Source: Podarcis tiliguerta
Lineage: Eukaryota
Strand: one strand, 5' to 3'
DNA: 64,000 nucleotides
Assembly (NCBI GenBank): GCA_965153285.1
Contig: OZ229110.1
Part shown: positions 1 to 13,034 of the stretch, one piece after another
Layout of the letters: every line of letters begins with the position of its first letter
How positions within the stretch are numbered: position 1 is the first letter of the stretch
Translations under genes and position numbers: made by a program
Notes under the pieces: generated by a model
What the model was told of the DNA's origin: nothing
Seen by the model: the letters and a program-made list of their open reading frames with translations, nothing else
Databases searched by the model: none

Positions 1-1837
1 TATTATCAGGTAGCCTACTCTGGTGCTTTCAACTTTTTTTGCAGTCTCTCATCTTTTTCTTTTGTGGTTTTTAATTTAATTGCAATGCACTGTCCTCCAT
101 TCCCCCTAATTGTTTTCCTGCTAATTTTTGATGCCCTTATCCCTCGGTTTCTCCTTACATAGTAAGAATTTGAAATGTAGTGATTTGCCTGCAATTTTCT
201 GTATTAGCTATGCTATATGTAAAGTGGGGTGAAAATAACTATAGCAAATCATACATGAAACAAGAAACTGATGGCTATCAAGTTCACAGACTGGCTTGGA
301 TAGAAATAGTATGCTGAATTACATGGGTTTCTGAAAGGCTAAGAGTAAAGTTTAAGTGGATGGTTTATGTATAAATTTCAGTAGCAAACAATAGCTGAAA
401 AAATTGTTAGCGATCCTAGGAGGCGTAGGTTTGCTTCCTCCTATAGCATGCAGCTTGCCTCACTTAAATAAATAATGTGAAACTGTTGCTTTGTAAATAT
501 GTCTTCAAGTGGAAATACCATCATTAGCATTTATATAGTGATTTAAAACAGAACTATATAATAAGTCAGTATACTGTATTGAAAATGGGAAGGAGGAGAT
601 GGGGATGGGGATGACAATGACTTGCCTACGGCTACCTCTTGGCTCAGCAGAGCGAGGAACTTGCTAAGAAGATCTCACACTCTTAGGCTGTGTAGATATC
701 AGTGTGTTAATGTGCTTTTGAGCATGCAAGAACTTTCAATTGAACTCTCGTCTCAATGTTTCCTGTCCACACTAGTGGGCAGTGCCCTTCCTGTAATTAA
801 TACTTCCCTGAGTTCTGGAAACATGATATCCACGGTGGGTATGCTCACAGATATTTGTCACCTGTGTGAGTGGTCAAATTTTCCTGTTTTTGAGAGACAA
901 GTTTTCCTATGAACCAAACTTGCACAGAACACTGGGAATAATAATAATTCCAGCTGCAGCAGCCCACCGAGAACTACCTCGCCAATGGAAGTAGGGGTGT
1001 GTGTGGTGAAAAAATGGCACCCAGAAAAATGACACTACACACATAACAAACCACTAAGTACCCACACTATGCCTTTGGAGGGGACGTACAGGCTGTCTGT
1101 TGGAGGACAATGTTGTGTGGTTCATGCAAAAAACAAACAAAAAAAACGGGTTGCATCAAATCCACTTTAAACTGTTGTGTGTACACAGCCAAGCCTCTCT
1201 GTTGTACTTCACCCTGCCTATAGCACATTGTGGTTTGGGATGTGAAGGCTGAACTGTGGCAAATGCTGGCATATGGGATCCCTTCTCCAAATCATCCGAA
1301 ACATCTACTCATCTTTTCAGACATTGCTATTGCACAATAACTTTTTGTATATACTCCCTGGCATTTCCCCCCCATATGAGTCAGTTGTTCAGTGTTTACA
1401 CAGTAGTCAGTCCACTACTGTACAAGCATGACCCCAAATACTGTTCCATGCTTGCCACTTCTGACTAAGTGGAAACACTGGAGGATTTTTTTCCAATAAA
1501 ACAAAGAGCACTAGAGAGTTAATGGCTCCTTCATATTATGTGTTTTATTCATAAATATATACACAGAGCACAAGCACCCTTGTATTCTCAGGTGGCAGCT
1601 TGCACCAACCCCTAGGCCAGATACCCAGTTCTAACAAACTCCAGCTAGGTTAACTTTCATCTGTTGCATTCTCTCTCCCTGCACCTGCCCATTCAAAGCT
1701 GAAAATCTCTCCTTCTCTCTCTCTCTCATACATATATCCTGCACTCCTGCTGGTGAATTGAATCAAGGGACCACCTACAACCATTAAAGGAATATTGATT
1801 TTATTGTCAATTAAAGGACATTCTTTAATTGTTCATA

Positions 1838-2063
1838 CAGTGGTACATCAGGTTACATACGCTTCAGGTTATAGACTCCACTAACCCAGAAATAGTACCT
1901 CGGGTTAAGAACTTTGCTTCAGGATGAGAACAGAAATCGTGCTCCTGCAGCGCGGCGGCAGCAGGAGGCCCCATTAGCTAAAGTGGTACTTCAGGTTAAG
2001 AACAGTTTCAGGTTAAGAACGGACGTCCGGAACGAATTAAGTACTTAACCCGATGTACCACTG
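1838..2063. mobile_element. Tc1/mariner (pogo/Tigger-like) MITE
   Basis: TIRs CAGTGGTACATCAGGTTA ... TAACCCGATGTACCACTG, flanked by TA at 1836-37 and 2064-65; no coding capacity. Confidence 0.88.
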
Positions 2064-2318
2064 TATTTTAATAATGCATTAATAGTCCACTGATAAGTGC
2101 CTGTGCAGTTTTTACAGTTTGCACTAGTGATGGGGAAAAACATTTTTTCACTTGCCTCGGAGTCTACTTTTTCTCTCCAAGGAAAATGGTGGGGTGGGGG
2201 GCAAGTTCTCCTCCTTCTGCAGAAGCCCCTCATTCCCAAGTGAAACACACACAAACCTTCAAAAAAGGGAGTATATAACAGGGAGAGTTCACTAGGGACA
2301 GTCACTAAATTGGAAATC

Positions 2319-2545
2319 GTTGTTGGCATCCGCCTGTCTCGGGAGACAATGGAAGAGTGCATCTTTGAGGAAAAAGTCAAACCACTGAAACTTACAGTGC
2401 CTGCTGTTGCTGTAGAGGCCGATATGGGGGAGACATGTTTTACAGCAGGTGGCACAGATGAAGGCATCTGGTTTTGTTGCTACAGGTGCACCACAGAGCT
2501 GCTTCTCTCTGTGCTCCTCCCAGTGGTCATTCTTCCCTGGGTCCA
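2319..2545 (-). mobile_element. 3' end of RTE-clade LINE (5'-truncated)
   Basis: Minus-strand peptide ...AFICATCCKTCLPHIGLYSNSRHC resembles the C-terminal CxxC..IGLxSH Zn-finger-like motif of RTE ORFs; followed by a 3' UTR ending GGATGCCAACAAC. Confidence 0.7.
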
Positions 2546-4441
2546 CTGCTATGGAAATAATGAGCATCACTTCTTACAAAGGATTGTGGGATTGTAGTTG
2601 CTGTAATTTTGCCTTCCAAGCAGAAGCCATGGATCCTAGAAGTGCCATTCTGTGCCCGGAAATGAAAACAACACAAGCATTCTGTTTCTAGTGTCTGATG
2701 TGTGCTGTCAAATGATTACCATGCCTGTATAAGTCAGCCCTAAGGTTCCTAGTATTTGGCAGCAGCTACTGGATACTGCAACTTGTGTCATGATTGCTGC
2801 TATAGAGACCACAGAATGATCTGACAAGTTGCTATATATAAATGTTTCCATATAAAACTTCAGGATAAGTTCAGGTACTGCTAGATCTGCAAACCTAAGT
2901 GGGAGGTTTACCATGTCTTTTGTCCAAATGCAGCAATTTAAAGAGATCGTAAGAGGTCTTTTCCTCTTTTTTCTGCTCTGATCCATTAATCAAACCCCTG
3001 ACATCTGTCTCCTTCAGATAATTTACTCCGTGCAGCCTCCCTCATATTTACTGGTATAGGTGGCTTTTTCTTAGTTCTCAGAGTCTCTCCTCCTGATACT
3101 GTAAGCTAATGCATTAGCATCAGTGGATGAAAATGTGATATATAAGCTTTTTATGTACTGAAGTTTGATCATGGGTTTGTAGAATTTTAGAACCCATTTC
3201 AAGAAGTCATATAAATTTTTCATGCAGAGCACACAAGGAATGCAGCAGACAGACTTCCTTTGGCAAATGAGAGCACCTGAGAACTGAACTTACCGCTGTT
3301 ATATTTAAAAGAGCAAGATTTTATGCTGAGCAAGAAGTTATACAAAACACTTGCATGCAATGCTATAGCTCATGTTCATCAAGTACAGCCACGGCACTTC
3401 ATCCTGAAGGCTGCTTCATCTCAGTAACTGGGTTTGATATGCCTTCTACTGTAGAAGTGTATGTAGAATGTTAGGACTTCTATTTTAACAGTAAGTTCTA
3501 CTTGCTCCCCCCCCCCAACAAGATATACCACATGTATCTTTTCCAAATAATTCTCTGCTACTACTAAGCTAACACTAGGAAGATAAGTAATGTCAAATGA
3601 CCTTTTGTAGTATTTTCATCCCCGGAAAAATCAGATAAGTCATTTCTGTCCGACTGAATATCTTGTATCATACATAAAACAGCACAGTTTCATTCGAACC
3701 TAACAACATAAAAATGGGCATTAAGAAACAAAATAGTTAACAATATTTCCAGAGTAAGCCAACAGCAATCAATCAGTCTTGATTACTATACCTTTGGCTT
3801 TATATTATGGCACCCAGAATGTACCTCAGATTATGAACTGGGTTATCGATTAAGGGGTTAACTTGTAATATAAGTAGAAAATTATGTATTTACCATATCA
3901 AGCAAGGGCGGGTGGGATCTCAAATCTGAGGTGTTCCTCTGACCCTTGCATATATGCTGAAGCAGAGCATGATTTTCACGACAATTTACACATCAGCAGG
4001 ATTTACATGTCCCCATTCAACTTGAAATGGCTCTAACTCAGGGCTTATATCTGTGCCTTACTTTATGTGCCTTATTTTATATGCCCAGGCTCCCTGCTTC
4101 TGACAAGGACTTTGTGTAGTTTGAAAAGAGAAAGATTAATATAAATAATATCTCGTTTAATGAGGATTGTACATCCTAGTGATAGTTTTGCAATGCTCCC
4201 TTGTATTCTGCATATGGTGAAAGAGAAGGCTTATGCTGTAGTATTCTTACAAAGCAATCATTTTCATAATTCAAGCATATAACAAATATTGGGGTTTTAC
4301 GATGCATACAAAATGTCCAAAGATTGGGGGCATGAGGGGCTTAGTGGGTTACTTGAAATATGAGATGTGGGACAAGGCAAAGCAAACCTGACCTGAAGCC
4401 CCACTGTATTGGTTTCAGCAGGGTACAGTTAAAAAGCTTCC

Positions 4442-4517
4442 TAGAATTACACAATCATTGTGGAGTTGGAAGGGATCCCGAGGATCATCTAGTCCAACTC
4501 CCTGCAATGCAGGAATA
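4442..4517 (-). mobile_element. SINE/CR1-type 3' tail fragment
   Basis: Reverse complement of the tail of the SINE at 37233-37382 (TTGCAGGGAGTTGGACTAG...CCCTTCCAACTC). Confidence 0.65.
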
Positions 4518-5958
4518 TGCATCTGGCATGGAAGGGAAGAGAGATTTTAAGGACCATTTTTCAAAAAAAGTTTGCGTTGTAGTTGGGCATCTGAAAAGTT
4601 CCATAACAGCTCTTAAGGACATTACACATTTGGCATTTTAATTAATGACCGCAAATCCTTTAACAGCCTCTCTTACTCTTTGGAATGGTAATAACTTGCA
4701 TTTTCTCTATATTGTCCAACTTTGCCCAGGATGGTAGTTTGAATCAATGGAAAAAATATCACTAGCTAACAAACTGCAGCTCAGCTAAAATAGGCTGCTG
4801 CAGGTGGAAATAGGTCAGGTGGGAGTGAAACAAAGTGTTGAATAAAAGAAGAAAGCATTCCTGCAATGATTGGCTTGTTAGTGGGCCCTTAAATTACCTG
4901 GCACCACATAGGCAAACTTTAGGGTTTGGAAAACCTATTACAGAAAAATTGTTCACTGTGCAGAGGCTGGAAAATATTGAGTCCCAAAGCAGCTGTTACA
5001 CCACTTGAAAAAATATTCTGAATTAGGTGGAGTAAAAGGCCTTTAGCATTTCTATCACAGAACAGCATGTGTAACCCATAAGGGAAGATGGACATTGAAG
5101 GCCATACTGCAGCCCTGAAGGTTGGAAGCGCCAAGTATGCCTCAAGCTCAGAACTTCAAGGTCACATCAGAACTCAGAAGGCATTTTCAGTTTAGCCTCT
5201 GCATTACACAACTCCCTTTAATTGAGAGCCCGTTTGAACCTGAGCCTGGCTTTATTGCAGAAGCAGTTGTAGTCTGTGACCACGATCCATCTGTTCACTG
5301 GTCTAACCGCACCTGACTAACAGATCTGCATTGTTACCATGAGCATTATATCTCCTACAGGATTTTTCTTTCTGATCACCCAGATACACATTTTGGATCA
5401 CCCAGATGCATCTGAGTAGTCACTGTCATTAAGAGAATACTAACTTAGATGGATTTTAAAGTACCGCCTACTAGGTAGGGGAGTGTCAGTGTGGATGGTG
5501 CCAGCATTCATGGATCAATGTACAGGAAGAGTCTGCTGAAAGTGTTGTTTCTGTTTCTGTGAGGTTGTAGGTTGAGGAGGGTATTGGAGCACGTGAGCTA
5601 GGGCTTACAGGGATGTGTTGATGTGTGTGGAGCTGCAGCGGGAGCACTCAGGATTGTGGGGTACGGTTCTCCATGGTAGTTTATCAGCTTTTCAGGTATA
5701 TCTGTGGGCCTCCAAAAGGTTGGTAACATCCCCATATCTGATCACTCCATCACACAGTCATATTCAATAACGGAAGGAACTGGCATTGCACACATAGCAT
5801 CCCTCTGTAAATATTGAACTCCCTGCAAATTTTTGCTGCAAATTTTGGCTTCAAATAATACATGTGCAATGTATTATTTTGCCAGTAGTTGCTGCCACAG
5901 GCTTTAACAGGGCACAAACACGTTGGAACGCTCAGAACTTTGTCAAACCAATGAAATC

Positions 5959-6082
5959 ATGGGTGGTGTTCAACTAAGATTTACTCAGCGTAAACTCATT
6001 AAAATGCATGTGCCTAATTTAGTCATGTTCATTAATTTCAATGGTCCTACTCTAAGTAAAACTTACTTGAATGCCACCCCAT
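5959..6082. mobile_element. Palindromic MITE (hairpin; superfamily uncertain)
   Basis: GGGTGGTGTTCAACTAAG ... CTTACTTGAATGCCACCC; the element is an imperfect fold-back; related decayed copy near 53038-53153. Confidence 0.65.
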
Positions 6083-8149
6083 GTCTACGTCAGCAATACT
6101 GAATAAAGCACATTAGTTTTCATGAGAAAGTACTATATGGGGTACCTGTATAAACATTGCAGTAAAAGGAGTCAACATGTCAGTTCTGAGCATTTAAAAG
6201 CCTCTTATGCCTGTGGCAATTTGTACCAGATCTGTTTGAAATTTGGCACATTCATAGGCCTTATATCAGGTAGATCATAAACACAAAGTCTCAAGCACAA
6301 CAAGTCCCTTTTTAGTAAGCTATAGAATCTTGAGGTTTATTATGGTAGAAGCGTTTTATTTTATTTTTTGATAAAAGGGGCACTCCTACACCCTTTTAAT
6401 TTTAAATATTGTATGACCCCTTCAGATTATACTTTGGTCCAAAAATTGGATGCATCAGCTGAAGTATGCTTATTCTCAGCAGGCCTCTTATATTTGTCTG
6501 TTGTGTTTGAAACAAAAAGAATTGCCACCAGCAGTTATATGCCAGTTTGTTTCTGATTCACCTTCTGATAATTAGTAATCATGGAGCTGCCATCACAGAA
6601 TGACTGGCCTCTTTGGCACTGTTGCAGTGTTGGCATTCATTCTCCAGTTCTGTAGCAGCTACAGTATCACCTCTCTCTCTCTCTTTTGTTTTTCTCTCTT
6701 TCAATTTAATTGTAGCTTGTTTTTAGAAAACGCTTCTCATTTAGGAAAATTCTGAAGAACTGCTAGGTTTTGTAATGTTTTCATGGGTGCTAGCAAGCTT
6801 AGCCTTTATTAGCCCATGTTAGCAAAAGTATTGGAGATTAATGGGCAAATTACAGTTTAGCTCCATAAGCTTGGTGACATTCACAGAAGTGTCACCTTCC
6901 AGAGGCTGTTTATAGCACTGATGTTTCAGCATGGTATTTTAAGGGGACTAGCAGGTCTTGGATGTATTCTGTGCAGATCACCTTCATATTCCTTCAGATA
7001 GCTTGAAAGGTGAAAAATAAATCCCCCACATGTCAGAGTAACTTCAAATAATTTGCTGCAGCTACATTTGAAAGCTAATATGCAGCAAGGCCATAGGATT
7101 GTACAGTATCCCAATATTTTTTTCTTAACTTATATTTTAACTCAATTATGTTTCCCTAATATAATCAAGAAAGGTGATAAACCAAAGCTCCAAAGAGCAC
7201 AAACATATCAAATACACATTTAAAAACAAGAACAATAAATTATGTATGTAGCCTTGTTTGGATAATTCATCTGGAAAGAATGTATTACATTGCTTTCTAA
7301 AAGTGTACACTCTATGTGAAATAAACATTTTCCAGTTAAGCTGGAAAAAATGTTTTCTGTGAAGAACGTACATGGTTTTTCGACGCTCTGTGACGGTTGT
7401 TACTGTTAAGAGCAAAACTGTTGTTCCTTTGCACCCTCCAAAGAATCACTAAAAGATTCCACAGCTAGTCTTGTGCATTGTTTTTCTCAAACTTTACAAT
7501 ACATGATAAATATTTCCTCTTTCAGTAGTATAGGTCAGAAAAGTTTTTTCAAATGCTGAGTTCATTTTCAGATGCTATGTTGCCATTTTCTTAACTGTCA
7601 GTCTGAGAAGGATAAACCTATAAACAAAATGGAGAGGCTATGGGTCATGTTTCCATCTTCTTAGCTGTCAAATTGTTTAAAGAATAAATTGGTTTTAAAG
7701 ATGAAGTAAACGCTGGATGGAAGGTGGTCAAACACAAATAAGAAAGCAAGAAAGGAAACGTATATTGTTACTTGAGTCATTTACGTCATCATAGTTTTGA
7801 AAGTACTTATTACATCTGCATTTGGAATACAGATAATTGTTTTGTCCAATTATGAGTTCTAGTTATACTATAGTTTATCCATTAATAGTTACCGGTAATA
7901 GTACAAACTCTTCAAATGCAGTTTTCTAGCACTCCTGCCTGGTGATATTGCTACTGACTATGTTCACAAATAATGAGTTCTTATACCCACTCCAATTCTA
8001 TGAACAGTGAAAAGTTCCAGGGGTGTAGCATTTACCTGGGTTTGGTTTCCTTTTGAAGAAATTCAGTGTAATACTTACTTTTATTGTGAATTGGGCTTTA
8101 CCCCAAGGCTCTTATCCTATTTGCAGTCAATCACAACACCAATTGGGTG

Positions 8150-8293
8150 GGTGGATAGCTCAAGCGATATAGTGCTGTGCATGTGAGAGATCCCAGCTTC
8201 AGTCTCCAAAGTCTCCAGCTAGGGCTGGGAATGACTGCTGCCAGTCAGTGCAGACAATATTAATTCAGTATTAGCTAGCTTCCTTTGTTCCTA
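8150..8293 (+). mobile_element. Decayed tRNA-derived SINE (Squam2/Anolis-SINE2-like)
   Basis: tRNA-like head (TAGCTCAAG...CCCAGCTTCAGTC), core CTCCAGCTAGGGCTGGG...CTGCTGCCAGTCAGTGCAGACAATA and tail GCTTCCTTTGTTCCT; antisense relative at 51820-51982. Confidence 0.6.
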
Positions 8294-8614
8294 ACATGTA
8301 TTTCAAGCTGATATCTCATTTTGCATATATATATATACACAGCATTCATGAGACCAGGCAGGCTGCTGAATTCACATAACTTTTCTCTCTTACTTAGTCT
8401 TGATGAGAAGCTTCCTCAGAAATGAAATTTAGTCTAGTTGGGTAGATGGTGACTTCCTGATCCTGGCCTTTGAATCACTAAGTTCAGTTGTTCACCCTCA
8501 CAATTTCCATTTATATCAAAAACTCACATATTTATATCAGTCCGCACTTCATCTTAGGGAGGAGGACTGGTGAGGTGTGTGGGAATGGAAGATGCATGCA
8601 ACTAGAACTGGTGC

Positions 8615-9361
8615 TGTCATGAACTGGCAGGCTGATGGGGAGGAAGAAGAGGATCCCGGCGTGGAGTGCAGCCGGGACTGGGACCCACAGGGGCAAGCTG
8701 GGGATGGGGAAGGAGAGGTTGGTGTAGGACAGGCATAGGCAAACTCGGCCCTCCAGATGTTTTGGGACTACAACTCCCATCATCCCTAGATAACAGGACT
8801 AGTGGTCAGGGATGATGGAAGTTGTGTCCCAAAACATCTGGAGGGCTGAGTTTGCCTATGCCTGGTATAGGAAGTACCGTACTCACGGAGTGACAGGAGG
8901 TGGCGGTCAGTGCGTAGGAACCAGAACAGCAGAACCCATCACTAGAGGGACCCCTGTCTCCATGAACACAGAGGGCTCTGAGGCATAGGGAGCAGTGGGA
9001 GGGAAGCTTTAGGAGGCTGAGGCAGGCAAGGGTCCACAGCTGGCCAGGTGGTGCTCGCTAGCTCTGGGATTCCTCAGCAGGAGTAGGCTCAGAACAGGTG
9101 AGGGTCACATGCCTCGTCAAGCCCAGATGCTGCAATCAGCAGGCAAGGTAGAAAAGGGAAGCAAGTAGGGTTTGGGGAAACTGCTGCTTGAAATTGTGCA
9201 GAGGCACTGCTTGTCCATATAGACTATAGTGGCCCAACAGGCTGTGTTCTGTGCTATTATGAAAGAGGTGAATAGGAGAGTTATCTTTAAATTGGGTTGG
9301 AGGAACTGTCAGTTATTTAATTCCCTTAACTCACACCTCACGGTGTTCCCCAGGGATATCA
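8615..9361. mobile_element. Probable solo LTR, interrupted by a hAT MITE
   Basis: Purine/GC-rich block distinct from AT-rich flanks, bounded by TGTCAT... and ...GATATCA; no clear TSD, so boundaries are approximate. Confidence 0.4.
8730..8864. mobile_element. Palindromic non-autonomous hAT MITE
   Basis: TIR CAGGCATAGGCAAACTC / GAGTTTGCCTATGCCTG; near-complete hairpin; 8-bp TSD GTGTAGGA / GTATAGGA (7/8). Confidence 0.9.
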
Positions 9362-10721
9362 TTTCAGTTTTGTGTAGGGGTCTGTGTGTGTATCCTGTTG
9401 AACAAAAGGGAAGAAGAAAGCTTTCTGTGTTGAGCAAGGTAAGAAACCAACCTATTCAAAGCAAATGATTTTGACTGTTAGGCATAGATATTTAGTACTT
9501 GGTCTGTTTACAAATGGAGTGAATTTTTTTCACTCTGAATAACATCTGAATAACAACATGCAGGCTGAAATAGAAGTAGACAGGAGGCAGCCCACCTCAT
9601 ACTTTCTGAATAGCACCTTTGTTTTCTCCTCAGTAAGCATTGTATTTTATCTGTTGTCCTGAAGTTTGGAGCCTAGGAATTTTTGTTATGGGTCTGAGAG
9701 TGCCATGCAGTCATGGGTCCAACTAGCATAAAGAAAGGCTACAGAAAGCATAAAATATGTATTTGTTACTCTGAGACATTTCCTCTCTAATTTTTGTTCC
9801 ACCTTGCACTTCATATTTTTGCAGTTCATTACAAGCTGTGGAGAGAAAAGGTCTGCATGAAACAGCACACTTTGTGCAAATGTGTATGTTCCAGCTTATT
9901 TCCCCCAAATAATATAAATAATAAGTCAGATTCTATTTATGAAATATGAAAAATAAGACACATATTTGTCACAATCTATTTTTTATGATCCTTTGGGCAA
10001 TCCCACAGCACTCCCTCTGAAAGAAACGAAATAAGTAGTTTTATTTATATTTAGAAGACCAATTTCAATTTCAGTTCCCTTTTTCCCCCATTGAGAGGTT
10101 TCATTGCTTTTGATATATTTTACGTCCCTGTTCAACTGCCTTTTTATTTGCAAAGTAGTTATGAATTCTAAGAGAATATGCCTGTGGGGGGCGGGAATCA
10201 TATATTTAATAGTTCATATTGAAAAGTGTGTGTGTTCAATATATAGGAAGGAGAGTAGTTGAGAGAATCTTCCCTCTCTCTCTTGGTTGAGATAGAGAAT
10301 CTTCTCATGTATTTGTAAATCATGTGGACAGTCACTCTTCTAAGCATCACAAGCAGATGTAACCAGGCAGATGTGATGTGGTGAATACCTTACAAATGAT
10401 GTAACTCTGTGGTCTCCATTGTGGCATCGCAAGATGCAATTGTGCTATTTTGAAAGTTATCTGGTGCCTGTGAAGACTGTGCCCTGTCACCAGTTCCAGT
10501 GCCTCCCTTGTCATGAGGTAGAATGCGTGGTTACTTTCGCACCCTGCTGAAAAAGGACCTAGGAAGGTAGGAGGGAAAGGAGAATGATCTGGGGAAGGCA
10601 GCAGAGGGAGGAGGAGAAAGTAGGGTGTCAGAGGAATGGAGCAGGGGGATGCAGTATCAGAGACAGAGGGAAGTCACACACCTGTCAGATCCAGTGGAAC
10701 AGAGTCCCTTGAAAAGGTGGA

Positions 10722-11070
10722 ATTATTATTATTATTATTATTATTATTAATTAATTAATTATACCACACCTATCTGGCTGTGTTTCCCCAACCACTCTGG
10801 GTGGCTTGCAGCACATTAAAAATTGTAAACATTACACATTAATAATTTCCTGATACAGGGTTGGCTTCAGATGTCTTCTAAAAGTCAGATAGTTGTTTAT
10901 TTCCTTGACATCTGGTGGGAGGGTGTTCCACAGGGCAGGCACCACTACTGAGAATGCCCTCTGCCTGGTTCCCTGTAACCTCTCTTCGTGCAGGGAGGGA
11001 GGTGCCATAAGGCCCTCGGAGGTTGACCTTGTGTCCGTGCTGAACGATGAGGGTGGAGACGCTTCTTCGC
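10722..11070 (-). mobile_element. L2-clade LINE 3' fragment with (TAA)n tail
   Basis: Minus ORF ends RQRAFSVVVPALWNTLPPDVKEINNYLTFRRHLK, the typical L2 ORF2 C-terminus (AFS..AP.LWN.LP); microsatellite tail at 10722-10748; closely similar to 18496-18885. Confidence 0.85.
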
Positions 11071-11538
11071 ACACACGCTCCAGCCACCAGCAGTCGCTAT
11101 TGACTGAACTGTAAGAATCACAGATCCAGTGCTCATAGGTTCTGCCGTGGTGCAAATACATAATCAGATTCACAGAACCATATAGATTCTCATAATGTCT
11201 GATAATTCCCTCAGAACCACCATCAACTCATAGCCTCCTATGTGTGGATATTTTCTTCTGTTGTTTGTTGCTGGTTTTGACGTACCATGGAAAAATCATG
11301 AAGCTCGGTTAGGATTTATGCCTTGGAGCAATGTTTTTTTTAGTGCTGGCAATTCTGGATCTCTGGTTTTTATTGTGTGTACCAATGTAAGCTTTAATCT
11401 GTTACACTTTGTGGGGGGCATAAAAATATGCAAATTTAAAGGGATCCGCAACACACATCAGCTGCCATAGTCCCCCCCCGCCCCCAAATAGCTAGTAGAG
11501 GAAAATGAGCTCCTTGTTCCTTTGCACCTGCTCTCTTC

Positions 11539-11786
11539 TGGTGGCGTAGTGGTTAAGAGCGGTAGTCTCCTAATCTGGGGAACCTGGTTCATGTCTCCGC
11601 TCCTCCACATGCAGCTGCTGGGTGACCTTGGGCTAGTCACACTTCTCTGAGGTCTCTCAGCCCCACTCACCTCACAGAGTGTTTGTTGTGGGGGAGGAAG
11701 GGAAAGGGGAATGTTAGCCGTTTTGAGACTCCTTCGGGTAGTGATAAAGCGGGATATCAAATCCAAACTCTTCTTCTTCTTCTTCT
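11539..11786 (+). mobile_element. Squam3-type (Ther1/MIR-related) tRNA SINE with (CTT)n tail
   Basis: A box TGGCGTAGTGG, B-box-like GGTTCATGTCTCC, core GGGTGACCTTGGGCTAGTCAC, (CTT)n tail; near-identical copies at 31469 and 41363. Confidence 0.85.
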
Positions 11787-11889
11787 TTTTGGAAGAGTTA
11801 AATAAAAATGGTTTTCAGTGCAACAGTTGAAGACCAATGGTTAAAATAGCAAGACCCTTGCCCACTTGTAGAATTGCAGAGTTGAAGGG

Positions 11890-12733
11890 TGTTGCGCGTC
11901 GAGGTCCGCAAGACACCCCCCCCCCCCAAGAAAAACACAATTGACACTTAATTTTTGTTTAAGGTTTTTGGCATAATTTTGGCCACAACTTTATTCAAAT
12001 TACAGCAATGTGAGTGGTTGCTTAGGCATTGGTAGCACTAACTGACCCCGCCCGGGGACAGCTCTGACATTCGCACCCCCTGCAAAGTCAGCAAGGGTAA
12101 GTCACCTGGGGAGAGAGACGGGACTGGGAACCATGTCTCACCTCTCCCCAGAATGCTCCCAGGGGCTTGTGTGGCCCTAGCCCCTTGCCAGGGGGTTTCG
12201 GACAAAAGCATGGGGAGCACCTGGGTTCCTTTAACAGAAAATCCTTGAAGCAGAAGCAGCAGCAGCAGCAGCAGCAGCATTTCGGAGGGGCAGGCACAGC
12301 CGAATCCATACCCCTCCACCAACCAATTCCAAGACCAATGCCTAACCGCAAACCTTACAAGTTGTGACGATTTGCTACGCAGTAGGCAAAAACCAAGTGG
12401 CACACACTAATCAGCCAAATGGACAAAATTCCTACCAGGCCCCTGCCCCAAAGCAGATGACCCCATGACAGGCATAGCAAGGTCAAGCAAACAGCCTAAA
12501 ATTAGGGAAGGGAGATCCGAAGTAAGCAGCGAAAAGAGGAAGTTCTTTGTTGCGAGCATTGTATTTAACAAATAGGGCTGTCAATCAGCAAATGGCAACA
12601 TCTAGATTTCCCCAGTAACAGCCCGCCCCTGCTTAAAGGATGGCCAAACCATTTGCCTAGTAACAGTGAGGTGTCTTGTCAGCCCCGTCCGCAACCTGTG
12701 CTCTCCGTGAGGGAGAACACACTTTTTCCAACA
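11890..12733 (-). mobile_element. Probable solo LTR
   Basis: Inverted termini TGTTG...CAACA; 844-bp GC-richer block; minus-strand polyA signal (plus TTTATT at 11990-11995) inside the motif GGCCACAACTTTATT; no clean TSD. Confidence 0.6.
12257..12277. repeat. (CAG)7 microsatellite inside the LTR-like element
   Basis: Directly visible in the sequence. Confidence 0.9.
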
Positions 12734-12811
12734 AAAGTCAGAGTCTGAGGCATGGTGGTATGGTCTACAAAGCCAGTTAAAGGGGGTTAGTAGTGATCAG
12801 AATACTGGGAA

Positions 12812-13034
12812 GACAGTGTAGGGTAGTGTTTAGTTTTGGACTAGGACATGAGAGAACGGGATTCAAATCCCCACTCAGCCATTAAGCTTACTGAGTGACC
12901 TTGGACTAGTCACTGCCCCTCCACCTAACATACCACACAGGGTTGTGTTGTGGCACTAAATGTGGGGGAGAAGAACCATAAAGGCCACCTTGAGATCCTT
13001 GGAGGAAAAAGGTGGGGTATAAACACAATAAATA
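12812..13034 (+). mobile_element. Older Squam3/MIR-related SINE with TAAA tail
   Basis: B box GGATTCAAATCCC, core GAGTGACCTTGGACTAGTCAC...CAGGGTTGTG, 3' AATAAATA tail. Confidence 0.7.

Noticed and set aside
12038-12403. Poly-Q/poly-L/poly-C ORFs
   Set aside because: Artefacts of a (CAG)n microsatellite in an LTR-like element.
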